DNA of 60,019 nt, the filler included, from Squatina squatina (lineage: Eukaryota): the NCBI GenBank assembly GCA_031763465.1. It is 3 parts of 3 records of this genome, joined end to end, with 100 filler letters (N's around TTAATTAATTAA, not from the genome) between each part and the next. Parts side by side here need not be neighbours in the genome. Positions count along the whole stretch, not along the records: positions 1 to 13,777 come from JARFOE010000013.1; 2 more parts are not named here. One strand, 5' to 3'. The translations under genes and the position numbers were made by a program. The first letter of the stretch is position 1. Every line of letters starts with the position of its first letter. Below the pieces are notes generated by a model that did no database searches, had not been told where the DNA came from, and saw only the letters and a program-made list of their open reading frames with translations. Below are positions 1-13,659 of this stretch, piece after piece.

Positions 1-192
1 CACAAAAAGCAGTAGATGCTAGCTCAATTAATGATTTTAATGTTAGGATCGATATATTTTTGCTAGCCAAGGCTATTAAGAGATATGGAGACAAGTTGGG
101 TGGATAGAGTTAGGATACAGATCGGCCACAATCTCATTGAATGGTGGAATAGGCTTGAGAGGCTGAATGGCCTACTCCTGTTTCTATGTTCC
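1..192 (+). mobile_element. CR1-type LINE 3' end
   Basis: Ends in GAATGGCCTACTCCTGTTTCTATGTTCCT, a typical elasmobranch CR1-like tail; visibly homologous to about 48360-48550. Confidence 0.75.
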
Positions 193-1722
193 TTTGTTAG
201 TACCCTTGATGATGCTCACAGTGCTCACCGTTTAAACAAAGTTATTCAAAAAAGCAACAGAAATAGGAAAACTAGTGTACTTATGTTAATGACATTTGTT
301 TTTTACCTTGATTTTCTGAAAGGTACCAATCAGACTTATGCACATATTTTCCTTTTGTTGTTAATACAATACAAAAGTTGGTCCAATCATAAAATTCTTT
401 AAGTGCAGTTTAATAGTTCACAACTTATTCAGACAATTCTGTACTAATAGCATTGGTACTGAGGAGACATGTCACCACTGTAAAGTCTGAATGAGCATGT
501 GTCAATGCTTACATTGCAAATGCTTTTTTTGCTGGTCACAGTTGGTCTGTACTGCATGTGATTGTTTGCATATTCTTAAAACAAAATTTGAAAACAACCC
601 TTTGTAAAGCTTCACCCATGTATATNNNNNNNNNNNNNNNNNNNNNNNNNNNNNNNNNNNNNNNNNNNNNNNNNNNNNNNNNNNNNNNNNNNNNNNNNNN
701 NNNNNNNNNNNNNNNNNNNNNNNNNTTCATATAGATCTCCTATATAATTTACCTTTGAAATGGGACCTGTTTATGCTTTACTGTTGCATTATTTGCTGTT
801 TGAAATGCTCAATTCTGTCTGTGTGACATTAAAGATGCTTTATCTTCAATTTATTTACAGTTATTTACATCAATGAGTCGTTGCTAATATGCAGCCTTAC
901 AGTTTGTATCCCAACATCATTTCTTTTTATATTAAAACAATGATCTTATTTTTAAACAATTTCCCACCTGCTTTCCAAGTCACAATGTTCAATAAAATCG
1001 CAACACACGATGCCCAATAGCTGGTATTTAACCTATGGCACTTGAAAATGTTTGTTTAAAAATGAGACTTATTGAAGCAATGGAATTAATCCTGAGGTTG
1101 GTCTTTCTGTATAGCTCCTTCAACAGAGTTAACTTTTTTCTTTGTGCAAGGAATCACAGATTAATAGTACACACTTGAAATGGACAACGAAAAGAGCAAC
1201 ATATCTGTCAATGCATTGGAGAGCTAGCAACAAACTACAAGATCTGCAATCTAAACAGAGCTGTCATAACATTCATTTAACTGCACGAGCAAAACTGGAA
1301 TGGTTTCAACTGAACAGCAAAACTTACTGTCTTGAAACCGCTCACCACTATAGGATATTTTTAGATTATGATGGATAGCATAGGCCTTATATTGTGCGAC
1401 GAACGAACCAAAAATATCCAGATTTATATACACATGAGGCACGGATAAACCCTTGCAGTTCACCTGCGTGTCATAACAATTACGTTTTGCTAGCATATGA
1501 AAATATTTATATAAACTGTTCCTAACTTGAGGCAACACCCTCGATGATGCACGTCACGTATAATGAGGTAGGATTTGGAAACATTGAAGACACAGCTCAG
1601 TGCCGGTCGGCAACACTGAACCTCCCAACATTACTGTACTTCAATATTCAAAACAATCACAAAGCTTTGGGATTAAATAAATACTTGTCAATTTAACAAG
1701 AAATGTAATCAACAGTATCCCT

Positions 1723-1804
1723 TTAAATGATTTTTGGCCGAAGAGGTGATTTTTCTCTCCATTCTGGATTTGCCATCCAAACTGACAGCAGATGGATGAA
1801 AGTA
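1723..1804 (-). CDS. Candidate terminal coding exon of an unidentified gene
   Basis: Minus-strand acceptor TTTTTCTTTCAG, then phase-2 reading TFIHLLSVWMANPEWREKSPLRPKII*. About 900 nt of non-repetitive AT-rich sequence follows, with a minus-strand AATAAA at 850-855. Protein not recognised. Confidence 0.3.
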
Positions 1805-2588
1805 CTGAAAGAAAAAGGGTCTACAAACACGTGTGACACCATTAGTGCACTGCGAATCCAACGTTCGTTACTATACTTAAGAATTACAAAACATTAGGAA
1901 GTAGGTATTGAAGTGTAAAAAGAATTCTTACATTGAAACAATCAAATATAACAAAGCAAAAACGGAAGCCCTTGGTTCAAACAGGTATTCTCACTGCGAA
2001 TTAAAGGCNNNNNNNNNNNNNNNNNNNNNNNNNNNNNNNNNNNNNNNNNNNNNNNNNNNNNNNNNNNNNNNNNNNNNNNNNNNNNNNNNNNNNNNNNNNN
2101 NNNNNNNNCCTGCTGAGTTTTTCCAGCAATTTTTGTTTGTATTCTAGATTCCAGCATCCGCAGTATTTCGCTTTTGTATTACTATTCCCCTTTAACTTTG
2201 TTTCCTCTCTCTCTCCTTTCTCAAGCTACTAATTTGGCAATGATTCCTTTTAGCTGCTATCAAAATATTTGGCACTTTACAGCTTTTATTCATTTATATA
2301 TCTTTTTAATAACAGTTCTTGAGTCTATCAATTAGGCATTGTCTTTTGCTGCCATGGTGAGCATTGGCCAATATTTCCTCAGAGCTGCATCTGTTTTGTA
2401 ACTTTGCCGGAAGTGTAGCAGAAATCCCATTTTCCAGGGTCAGCCATATTTGTGCTTTGTGGGGAGGTTCTCAGTGGTAATACTGCCTGCCACTGGGGAA
2501 CCAGAAGCTGTGGCTGTATTTAAATTGTTGCAGCAGCTTCAAGGGAAAAGGCACAGAATTATGAACCTTTACTGAAACCTGAATGTAT

Positions 2589-2700
2589 GGGGGTTAATTT
2601 TAACCTAACTATCGATGGAAACTAAAATGGGATAGGATATAAAACGGGCAGCCGATCCCATCAGTTTCCTGTTGGGTGGGTTAGGTTAAAATGAGCCTCT
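2589..2700. mobile_element. Short hairpin MITE with terminal inverted repeats
   Basis: GGGGGTTAATTTTAACCTAAC ... GTTAGGTTAAAATGAGCCTCT, with inner complement GGAAACT/AGTTTCC. Confidence 0.65.
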
Positions 2701-3527
2701 TTCTTGAAAGCAAAATATCTTGCAGTGCAAGCCTGAAAATTCTCTGACTCATTGGTGGAAGAATTGCTGATCTAAATTAGACAAATGAGGGAACTATATC
2801 TGGGAATGAGCACAGACATCCATTAAAATGAAGTGTACAGGGATGGCAGTTGGTGGCATCTCCAATCTCCCCCTCTGTAATGCTACAGAGCACCAAAAGC
2901 ACCTCAGCAGGGCAGCCAAGGTGATCAGAGGCTTTGGCATTTTCTAAGAATGCACTGGTAAACACTTAAATTCACCCTGCTCCTCATTGTTTGGACATTA
3001 TTCACTGTATAGGAAGATCTGCAAAATCATTAACTCTCTTTTTCTTCCCTCAAGCCTAACTTGAACGGATGTGCAAAAAACCTCACATGATCATCTTGCT
3101 TTTTCCATGCACCTGTTCTCACCTCCATTACGGAATGTATTCTCACACCTGGGTAACATTCCATGTGATGACAAGCAGAGTATCTTCACACTCTTTACTT
3201 CCATCTTAAAGACCCATAACCAAAGCCAGGAAAAAATAGGAAGGGAAAATAAACTGCGCCAAATCATCAGCTATTAGCCCAGATGTATAGGTAAGTTGGG
3301 AGAAAACCTGGGAGAATGTTTTGCATACTATCTCAAAAATGGTTGACATGGTTGCTGTGGAGAGGCATGAAGGGATATGAAAGGGTTGTGTAAAGGGGAA
3401 CCATGAATTATCTGACTTTATGCAGTGNNNNNNNNNNNNNNNNNNNNNNNNNNNNNNNNNNNNNNNNNNNNNNNNNNNNNNNNNNNNNNNNNNNNNNNNN
3501 NNNNNNNNNNNNNNNNNNNNNNNNNNN

Positions 3528-3690
3528 AATTCATAAGGGAAGGCAGAGAACTGGAACAGGTGGTGGACTCCGCAGTATCCAGCCTCTAACTGCTTATGAG
3601 GAGGAAGCTCTCAAACTGCTGGGCAGACAGACAGGAGAGGGAATAGGAGATAAGGAAGTAGGAGGGAAGATGCCAGCTGCAGGTTGGTCA
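3528..3690 (+). mobile_element. Harbinger Myb/SANT gene remnant, exon-2-like
   Basis: RQRTGTGGGLRSIQPLTAYEEEALKLLG matches the TGGG...L(T/S)xxEE..L segment also seen at 40063-40190 and 45068-45160. Confidence 0.6.
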
Positions 3691-3954
3691 TAATGTTCAT
3701 GCTCTCTTGTCTCTTATGCTTATGCATCACACATCATTTTTCAGACAAATGCATAAAGTAAACTTTTATATAATTGCTTGTATTGACAATCACATGGCAG
3801 TAGCTTTTGAGCAGGTGATGCCATCGTCCGAGTCTTGGATGATTTTAAGTTAAGCCTCAGTAGCATTTGATTGGTGGGCTGCCCAACTGATCAAGGCAAC
3901 CCACTTGTAGGCTGGGATTTCTTGTAGGCCTCCTGATGGCTATTTAACATGTGT

Positions 3955-4165
3955 TGGAAGCAGGCCCTCAAGTTCTCAGACACATCCGTAGAGGCCTTTG
4001 TTGAGGAGGTGAGGGTACAGAAGGATGTCCTGTTTCCATGTGATGCAATAAAACTGCCAAAAAATAACTTGCAGCATGCCTGGGGAGAGATAGCAGAGGT
4101 AGTGAACTCTCTGAGCATCACCTGAAGATCTGGTTTCAATGAACTGACCAGATCAGCAAGGGTGA
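3955..4165 (+). mobile_element. Harbinger Myb/SANT gene remnant, exon 1 (degenerate)
   Basis: KQALKFSDTSVEAFVEEVRVQKDVLFP...AWGEIAEVVNSLSIT*...FNELTRSAR followed by a GTGAAT donor; Myb/SANT-like signature. Confidence 0.7.
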
Positions 4166-4534
4166 ATACAGCTCTTCATATCTCTATTCCACTGCATTGC
4201 ACCTGGCAACAACACTTCTCCCTCACTCTGCGCTGAAAAACTTACCTCCCCTGCACAAGATCCTTTTTCACCAATCACAAGGGGTCACTGTACCACCTCT
4301 GCCCAATCAAACACTCAACTTTTGTTTGCTGTCCTTACAACAAGCACTGAGAGCAGTCTGCTCTCACCTGGTAGCAAATGCCAAACAATGATCTTTTCTG
4401 ATGACTCCTTTCCAAATTCATAGTCCAGCTACTCTCTTTCCATTGAATGCCTCCTCATCCTGTTTTCAACTGGCTTCTTCTTCTCAGCATATATGAAGAA
4501 GCCCCACATATCTGTACATCCCTTTTCAACAGCC

Positions 4535-4619
4535 ACTTTTAAGTTACTTAAAGGTTTGACGGTGGACAGGCAATGGCAAACATTTAAAGATCGCATGGAT
4601 GAAATACAGAATTTGTTCA
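4535..4619 (+). mobile_element. CR1 LINE ORF2 fragment
   Basis: LLKGLTVDRQWQTFKDRMDEIQNLF resembles the CR1 linker between endonuclease and RT. Confidence 0.6.
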
Positions 4620-5259
4620 NNNNNNNNNNNNNNNNNNNNNNNNNNNNNNNNNNNNNNNNNNNNNNNNNNNNNNNNNNNNNNNNNNNNNNNNNNNNNNNNN
4701 NNNNNNNNNNNNNNNNNNNGTGTGTAAGGGGTTCCTGATTCCACTTCCAAGCTCGTGCTCACACTTTCCTCTCCAGCAGGACCCAGCCTGCCAACCAGAA
4801 AATGGACCATGACACTAGACTTAACATCTAAAGTTAGTTGTTTATTTTCCATAATGGAGAAACTTTATTTTTATTCCAGGGTTCTGATTAGGAAATGGCC
4901 TTGGTCACTGTTTTAATTCAGAATTTGCTGAAAAGAATACAGAAATGGTAACAAAAAAAATTAGCTTGCACAGTCATGCTACTGAGAAACACCAAGATTA
5001 ATTTATCCAACTTGGAAGGTTCTTATGAAGATTGTTTAATTTGTACTTTATGGCATATTCATGCTTTACTTTGTTATGTTCAGTAATTCTGGCTTCTCCT
5101 GCCTGTCTGGATTAGTCATGGTAGATAACATGGTGGTGTCGACATGTAACCAGCCTTGATTTGTAGGCAGTCAATGTTTCTTTAAATTAGCAGCAGCAAA
5201 CTTTGTCATTAAATTCATTTACTTTTATTNNNNNNNNNNATGAGTTCAAGCCCCACTAT

Positions 5260-5600
5260 GGACTTGAGCATATAATTAGGCTGACATTTCAGGTATGTGC
5301 CAATTCCTGGCTCCTGGATGACATTTTAAACTGAGGCTCCATCTGCTTCCTCAAAAGGATGTGAAAGATTCCACAGAACTATTTGAAGAACAGGGATGCA
5401 GTGGGAGAAAATTTGTCCCAATGTCTTGTCAGCATTCCTCCATCAACCACTGCCAAAAACAGATAATCTGGTCATGCTGTTTGTGGGATCTTGTTGTGTG
5501 CATTTTGGCTGCTGCGTTAGTTTACATAAGAAGAGTGACTGCAGTTCATTTGAAAAGTGCTTTGAAAATGTCTTGAGCACATGATAAGGTTCTAGATAAA
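5260..5600 (+). mobile_element. tRNA-derived SINE (DeuSINE/SacSINE1-like), degenerate
   Basis: GAGTTCAAGCCCCAC B-box head; core GCTGTTTGTGGGATCTTGTTGTGTGCATTTTGGCTGCTG; minus-strand homolog at 31040-31340. Confidence 0.6.
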
Positions 5601-5742
5601 GATTTTGGGGGTACTTTTAAATCTCCACCACAGGCGGGAGAGNNNNNNNNNNNNNNNNNNNNNNNNNNNNNNNNNNNNNNNNNNNNNNNNNNNNNNNNNN
5701 NNNNNNNNNNNNNNNNNNNNNNNNNNNNNNNNNNNNNNNNNN

Positions 5743-5944
5743 GCAACTGTTTTACAGGCATAATGATAACCAATTTAGCAGTGCAGAGGCGAATGGCCAT
5801 AGCTAAATTGGTCAATACATTTTTTTTGGTGGCCCTGGCAGTATTAAACAAAATGGCTTCTCTCTGTTCCTCCATTTCTTCCTCCAGAACTCATCAGTGC
5901 AGTGGGATTTCCATGGGGAATCCATTGGCCAAATTTCTAGGACC
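5743..5944 (-). mobile_element. Harbinger-type MITE end
   Basis: Terminus reads GGTCCTAGAAATTT on the minus strand, flanked by TAA at 5945-5947. Confidence 0.5.
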
Positions 5945-8098
5945 TAAGTAAAGCATGGCAATGCTACATCCCTAACTAAGACTACAAAAGTGGATAACAA
6001 AAAAATGCACAAAAACATTAATAAAGTGAGTTATCTTCCTCTGTCCCCTTAAAACATTATTTCAGCATTGAACAGCTTTTACGTAATTTTGATGGTCTGT
6101 CTTACATGAATGTATTTATGACTGAATCCATATCCAGCATAAACAACAGGAAATAGCAAAGACTTCCATATGATGTCATCTCCTCTTCATTATAATATTA
6201 ACATGAAGCTCTTGCCTCCTGAAGATTCCCATCGGAAATGCATGTCATGCACATCAATTTGGCTTAAGTGATCCCCGTCAATATTTGCAGTCCATTACTC
6301 CACAATTATGTCCGTATATGGATATAACAGAATTGAACATCCTGGCTCGTAACTCTGTTTTGTTTAGCACCCATTAGCATTGGCAATGCTATCATGAAGC
6401 ATAAATCCCTCTACATAAATAAATGACTACTTTGTAATAAACAAGCTAGTTTAATTGTAAAATCTCACCATAAGATCTAGGGGGCTAATTATCTCAATAC
6501 TTCTCTACACAGACAATTTCCCCATGGCAGCTAATCGCAATCTCACAACAGATGTGATTGGCTTGCTGTGTCTGGAAAATACAAGTTACATTTACCAGTA
6601 ATGCAGTGGAAAAATATTTTATGTACTAATACAACTGACTTCATTCAATTATATGTTAACTATTTTTACTTGCAGTGCTGCACATTTACAATTGTGCAGG
6701 TGAGCGCCAAGTAGTGAATTTANNNNNNNNNNNNNNNNNNNNNNNNNNNNNNNNNNNNNNNNNNNNNNNNNNNNNNNNNNNNNNNNNNNNNNNNNNNNNN
6801 NNNNNNNNNNNNNNNNNNNNNNTGAGTATTTCCAGCATTCTCCTTTTTTTCTTGATATGCCTGCATCTTTTCTAACATATGACCAATTGTCAAATAAATT
6901 CCTACCTTTTTACCCAGTTAATCTTCGCTGAAAGAGCAAAATTCTGTAACATAATACACAACTAATGTAAGAGTTAATTAAATTGCTTTGCTATTTTAAT
7001 TATTTGAACTACCACCTTTGAAAGTTGTAGTGCAAATTTGTAGTTAAAGTTTGAATCTTGACCAGAGTTAATTGCTTGTAACGTTAAAATACTAAGGCTA
7101 TATAGAGGAAGAGAAAAAAAATGGAAGGAACTAATTATAATCATTTTCAAAATCTTATCAAGTTTGTACTGCAAGTTTCAGTGGTAGGAATGACTCAAGC
7201 AGCAGTCAACTAAAACGTTTCATTAAACTGGCTTGGAAGCTGTAAGTAAAGCTTTTCTTCACCAAGGGCACATGGTGCCCAGTGATACTGTTGAGCTGCT
7301 GACAGGTTCTAGTCTAATTTCGCCTGTCAGACTGACACAAGCTCTCTACGTTGCCTTTCTTTGTATTGATCTTTACAAAGATCTTTCCCTCATTACCTGA
7401 TCCTGAGCTCAGTACCCTTCTGTTATTGTCACATGTTTGTCACTGCAACCTTCACATTTCTGAAAGTGTGTGTCTACTGGTTATGTCTCAGCATGCACTG
7501 CATCTATTCAAAACCCACACATCACATGCATTTTAAAGGTTTCTTGGAGTGAATACTAATAAATGGCTGGAACCTTGTACAAACCAAGATGTAAAGAGAG
7601 CTACACACCTTTCATCCACCTTTATCATTCGCAATACTTAATCTGTTTCATAAAAACATCTATACTATTTGTTGAAAATATATACTTACAGTCACACAAG
7701 GTAAAAGCTACTTTCTTCCTAAAATTTGGCCTTCTCTGGAAAATGTCTAGTGAGTTTCTCAGTGATTGTGGCCAGTTAATATTGAAATGAAATAATCTCA
7801 TCATTCGCGATACTCTTAAGTGTCTCCACAGGATTATTAAAACTGCACTTCTGTATTTTTGTAAGATTGCAGCTACATTTCTAATTATGTTGGAGGTAAA
7901 GACTCCAGCTCCTGACAGCACCCCAGTCGGTGTTTCATACTTTAATTGAGGGCTTTTGGCAAATTAAATTGNNNNNNNNNNAAATTGTACACATACACTA
8001 TTTATGTGTTGAAGTTAGGTAGAAATATCTCTTATAAAAAATTAAAACTATTAAAAATGCAAAGTGATTCTAATGCAAAACAGTAAAAAAAACATATA

Positions 8099-8825
8099 GG
8101 CCTAGAAATTCGATGGCGCCGTGTTCATTATTCAAAAGCGAACGGGCACTTAGGCATCCCATACGATGGGCGTGGTGGGCCCACCTACCTGCTCATTACA
8201 TGCTGGAAGTACGCCATATTAGATGTGGCTGCTCTGTCAGCGTCGGCGACACACACTAGAACTATTTAAATCAAAGGGTCCGAAGCTTATTGACAGTGGA
8301 CTGTCCCAATGCCTGACTCACCAGGTGATAAAACCGCTCGGCAACTCGCGGGGGTACCAGGCAGGAAGGACCCGTCAGCAGCGCTGTTTGATGGGCTCAA
8401 TCAAGGTTAGTTACCGGTTAACTTCTTGGCGATTTCTTGTCTGCTTTCTGAATTTGAAAACTTAATTCTGAGAAGTTTTTGCTGCCGCTGCACTGTTTTT
8501 GGCTGTCTTCACAGCACTTGCACTGTAATCATGGGTGGTCTGGTAGGGTTGACTTTGGGGCCAGAGGACAAGGGGAAGCAGCAAGGAAGACAGGGTAGAG
8601 CTGGAGCAGTAGCTTGCAGGAGAAGAATAGGGCACCATGCAGGAGGTTCTACCCACAGTGGCTCTTCAGGGAGCACTTCCAGACGAATGACACTAAGGAG
8701 CAATGCCTCAGATTCCTTTGCTTCACACAGTAGACTTTCATTGAACTATGCTACCTGTTGCAGCTACAATTTGAGCCTCGTACTAGGGCATGGGTAGCAC
8801 TGCCTGTGGCTATTAAGGTGGCAAA
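8099..8825 (+). mobile_element. Harbinger element end with 5' part of a HARBI1-like transposase (pseudogenised)
   Basis: TIR GGCCTAGAAATT at 8099, CpG-rich subterminal region, ATG at 8531. After a frameshift it reads RRFYPQWLFREHF...EQCLRFLCFTQ*TFIELCYLLQLQFEPRTRAWVALPVAIKV, like the Harbinger transposase N-terminus. Confidence 0.7.
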
Positions 8826-9109
8826 AGTTGTGGGTTTGGAAGGTGCCCTGAAAGAAACCCTGGCTTTTTCATATTGGCTTTATACAACAGAGTGGCTTGC
8901 TATAACAAAAACAGAGAATGCTGGAAATACTCAGCANNNNNNNNNNNNNNNNNNNNNNNNNNNNNNNNNNNNNNNNNNNNNNNNNNNNNNNNNNNNNNNN
9001 NNNNNNNNNNNNNNNNNNNNNNNNNNNNNNNNNNNNATCTATTTTCCCTTTCCTAATTAAGCCCTTTGTCCTCCTCTGCTGGACTCTGAATTTCTCCCAG
9101 TCCTCTGGT

Positions 9110-9275
9110 ATTCCAGCACCTACCAGGAGGACTGGTGGAATTCTCTTCATTCTGGTTCCTACCAGGACCAGTGGAACTGTCTTCAGTCTATCACCTACCA
9201 GGAGGACTGGTAGAACTGTCGTCAGTCTAGCACCTACCAGGACCAGTGGAACTGTCTTTAGTCTGGCTCCTACCT
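9110..9275. repeat. Minisatellite, about 5 units of 36-39 bp
   Basis: Repeated CCTACCAGGA(GGA)C(T/C)(G/A)GTGGAACTGTCTTCAGTCTAGCA units. Confidence 0.85.
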
Positions 9276-12093
9276 GTCAACCTGTATGGCTTGGGTGGCC
9301 CTATCAGGAGTTATACTCCCTCCAGCATTGCGCTCAGGGTCATAGGCACACGCGAGCCTTCCCACCAGTCCCTCGGGAAGGCACAGGACACTTGGACTGC
9401 TTATGAAAACCATTCTTTGCCATAAGCTCAAGCATAAAGTGGAAGAAAGCCACATAACAGTCAAATCCTGCCATGTAAGAAATACATATTGTATAAGAGA
9501 CTCCTTCCAAAACCAAGTAGCGCTACCATATATGGAACTCTGAGAATCAGAGTACACATGCTATAATACATGAGAAACCACCCAGACAGACCACAGGCAA
9601 GAAACCACTATTATAACGGAGCACAGCAGGAAAAAGATTGTGGCCAATCATTGTCAGCAAAACAATGAAGCAAGATTGTATGCATCAGAGATTGTTTGAG
9701 CTGTTCATACTGGAGCTGTTTTTGATGTAAATGTTAAAAAAAAAATTGAGACCTAATGTTTTTTCCCCTAGTGGATTTTAATTGCCTTGTTAACAAGATT
9801 TTAAGCCACTCCCCTTTCTTACAGATATGATTCCACAATTATTGCTTTCTGAAAATTAATATTTAGTTGTGAAATAAATAGCTTCAACAAAATAATTGGA
9901 ATTTAAAACATCTGAGTTGTTCACCGGCTGCAATTAAACTGACCACTGTTCATTTCTATGCTGCTCACACTCCAGTTTGCCAGTCAGGATGTTGCTGTGG
10001 TGCATTGCACATCAGGGGATCGGAACAAACAATCATTAAAAACCTGAGTACAGGCCATGCATTCCACATTACTTCTGAGATCTCTGTGAGTTGTACTAAG
10101 TGATTCTGGGAGTACATCAACTTCAGAAGAATACTGTGCAATAGGAAAATCTTTTAAAAATGTTTCCTTCAAAATGTTTGTGCTTTTTTTTAAAAGGCAA
10201 GTTTCCACTAAGATCAATCAACAAGAATTAATATCAACAGAGAGACAAAACTGGATATTGCCATTCGAGGAAATATTTGATTGTTTGTCACTACAGACAG
10301 CTATGGAATCAATCAGATGAAATAATTTTGCTGCTTGCAGAAACTAGTTAATTACCATTGAATGCCAGTGGGATTACTGAATGAGTTCCCAATTTTCAGT
10401 TTTAAAATGTCAGCAGAGATAAGTCCGTTCGCCCTATACATGGGACAATTCTACAGGCAGGAAAAGCATTGTACAGCTGCACCACTGCTATTCTGTAGTC
10501 TTACTGACCAGCTTTTTCAATATGTTTCTGATACAGACTGAATCCTGTCATTTTTGGGGAATGACTTGAGTTAATATTCTGGATGGAAGAGGATGTCATT
10601 TTTGGGTTGGTGGGGGCTTTATGAGCAGCAAGAACAATTTATTATTCAACAGAACACAACTGTATCTGATTGTAGAGCTGAATTTTTCTACAGGAATGCC
10701 AATAATGTAACATTCTGGAAATCTGTTACTGATTCTAGCCTTGGGAAAGTCATCGTGGCGTCAGAATCCAAATATATTTACTGTCATTGTGGTCTGAGTG
10801 GAGGATTTCCCCCCTCCCTATTTACTAACCTGGATGTTCAAAGCAGCTCTTACTTGGCTTGTGTGATATAATTTGATGCACTGGCTTAGGCCTGTTGTAT
10901 CACCTGCTAAAGCTTGCAATAACCTGGAAGCACAGAAGATAAGAATGGGAGACACTTTCAATGCTGCTACCAAGGATATGCTCACTGCAGAGTCTGCCTC
11001 CAAATCAACTCTTTGCAGACAGCAACAACACTTTGCTTAGACAAGGGATGTCCCACCGNNNNNNNNNNNNNNNNNNNNNNNNNNNNNNNNNNNNNNNNNN
11101 NNNNNNNNNNNNNNNNNNNNNNNNNNNNNNNNNNNNNNNNNNNNNNNNNNNNNNNNNNCATGAATGACCTCAGCAATTTGCACCAACTGCTATTTTGGGA
11201 TTTGCCGACTTAAAGCTATCGTCCTTAAAGGGACAGGCCATGTAAGTGGTGCTCCAGACTATTCATGAGCGATGCTAAGGAGACCTATTGTGCTCTAGGA
11301 AGGTTTGGAGAGCATCTATCACACTTAAACATTATACTTCAAAGTGTCAAAAGTATTGGAAAAGACACTGATCTCATTTTTTTTCCTGATCTGGAGCCAA
11401 AGATTTACAAGCACCTTCTAATCTGCAAGCCTCCCTCACCAAACAGCAATAAACTCTGATTGGCCTCTGGCTGTGGTTACTTACAATTATTAGAATCTGT
11501 GGCCTCAAAGAGACAGGTTAGCTAAGACACAGCTCCATCTTGGCAATAGAATTATATATTGTCAGTTACATGATATAGATTTTCTGCTCATTCATAGTTA
11601 GTGGGTGGAAAATATAGCCCAAAACAGTACATCATTTGATTTACTGTGAACAATACCACAGGCGATCTGTTTTATTGTAATAACCTTGAATTCCATTCTA
11701 CTTTATTATCAACCATTCTGACAGCAACATTTATAAGGAAAGGGATATGTTTTCAACAAAGCTTATATTCTAGTACAAGAGCTTACTACACTGCTGAAAG
11801 GCTGGACAACCTAAGGGGATTCTGTAAATTACCAGACCCAGTAATCCATGTTTATTTTTTTTTGCTTTGAATTTGTATATAAATTCACGGTGTCGTATGT
11901 TCCATCTGGTGCTCACTAATCTATTTTTGGCGAACCGCCTCACTGTTCATTAAAGTTCCGAGTTGATGAGACGCCGATGCTTGCTTAATATTACGTTCTG
12001 AAACCGACGACCGACAGCATTTTGTATGGTGTAATATAGAAACATGTATGTATGGAAATGGGTGTCTACATGCATCACTTCCTTCTCTTCCAG

Positions 12094-12180
12094 TCCTTCA
12101 ACGTGAGCGAGACAGCTTGGGGTCACTGCCTTCAGCGACTACTCTCGATTGTGGGTGTAAGGGGGACAGCCGGGCTCAAG
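12094..12180 (+). CDS. Candidate internal exon, unidentified gene
   Basis: Strong acceptor CTTCCTTCTCTTCCAG and donor AAG|GTGGGG; 87 nt; frame 0 reads SFNVSETAWGHCLQRLLSIVGVRGTAGLK. Confidence 0.4.
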
Positions 12181-13659
12181 GTGGGGAGTTAGTCCCGTTG
12201 AGGATTTCAGAAACACGCCTTCACATATTGTGATCATTGCTCTGTGNNNNNNNNNNNNNNNNNNNNNNNNNNNNNNNNNNNNNNNNNNNNNNNNNNNNNN
12301 NNNNNNNNNNNNNNNNNNNNNNNNNNNNNNNNNNNNNNNNNNNNNNCCGAGTAGCGCTAGAAAATTCACATCCCATTGTACCCTGGTCCTGCCCCCGACA
12401 GGAACTGCAGCATTAGATTTGTGCTGCAGTTCCTCTCGGGGGCGGTAAGCCCAACATAGCTCGTGGGGTGGGATTTCTGCGCCTCGCGGCTGTAATGCGG
12501 TGGTACCGAATTTTCAACCGTATGTTTTACAAATTGGCCCAAGACCAATCCTAGGGTACACAATCTAGTTGCCATTTATGTTTACTCTGTCTCTTTTTTT
12601 AAGCAATGTTCTAGCCAGCTTTCCTTTAGTCTTACTTTACCTTAATCTCCATTGTGGAACCTTGTCACTTCATTTTAAGTATGTAACATAGATTGCCTTT
12701 CCCTTTTGCACCACGCCAGTGATATTTTCAAAGACCTCTGGTAAGTTAATTAAGTATGACCTCATTTTCTTGAATTCATGCTGGTTGTCCTTTATCAAGC
12801 TGTGCTTTGCCAAATGCCCTTCCCTTCCCTGAGAATTGTGAAAACTGCTTGAAGGTTTTCTCTGTACTTGATGTTAGGCTTTATGGTCTATAGTTTTGTA
12901 TACCCTTTTGATCCTTTAAAAAAAGAGTTATGTTTGCTATTTTTACATCCTCATGGATCATTTCTGAATCAAATAATTTTATGAAAATATCAATTAAATA
13001 GATCCTGTTTCTGTGCCTCAAATGCTCATTTTCAGAACTTTGATTTCCCACTTTGTAATATATCATTTTCAAATTGTGTTAATGTATTTCACATTCTCTT
13101 ATCCTCCACAAAAACAACAATAATAGCTAGACACTCTTCTTGGAACCCATAAGTCTTTCTTCATTTTCTCCTCCCAGATTTTCTGATTGTCCAATTCACT
13201 CAGCAAAATACATTTCTCTCACTACTCCAAGCTTCACGTCTTAACTCTTCCAAGATCCTTGTGTTTTGTTATTTAATTGTTTGCACTAAAATAAATCACA
13301 GCTGATACAGTGCAACTGCGATAATTTGACTTTTCCTTTAGGATTGAGCTCTACAGATCACATACACAGTTTGAAGCAACACTGAACCTAAAGATTAAAT
13401 CCTTGTTTTAATTGCCAGGGATTGCACCCCACTGCACCACCAGAGATCAAATTACCTTCTATGGCAGAACAAGATTGGCACCATTTTCAGTTATAAGAAT
13501 TTTTACACTGTACATTTTTATGTGAAATTATAGCTGTGCCCTGTATTGTAACAATTCAACACGGTCTCTTGACTGCATCCGAGAATGGAATCCATCCGTT
13601 TTGCTAGCAGGATGGCCTGGAAATTCCTGAGACCCTGCTCTGCTGGCGTAACAGGAGAG

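Noticed and set aside
1549-1560. Tandem hypoxia-response/CRE-like motif (TACGTGACGTGC on minus)
   Set aside because: Short motif with no promoter context; could arise by chance.
6121-6410. Minus-strand exon after ATTTATGTAG
   Set aside because: Weak acceptor, short frames and no recognisable protein.
9110-9275. CRISPR-like array (also 34445-34541)
   Set aside because: Head-to-tail repeats without unique spacers, no cas genes, vertebrate DNA.
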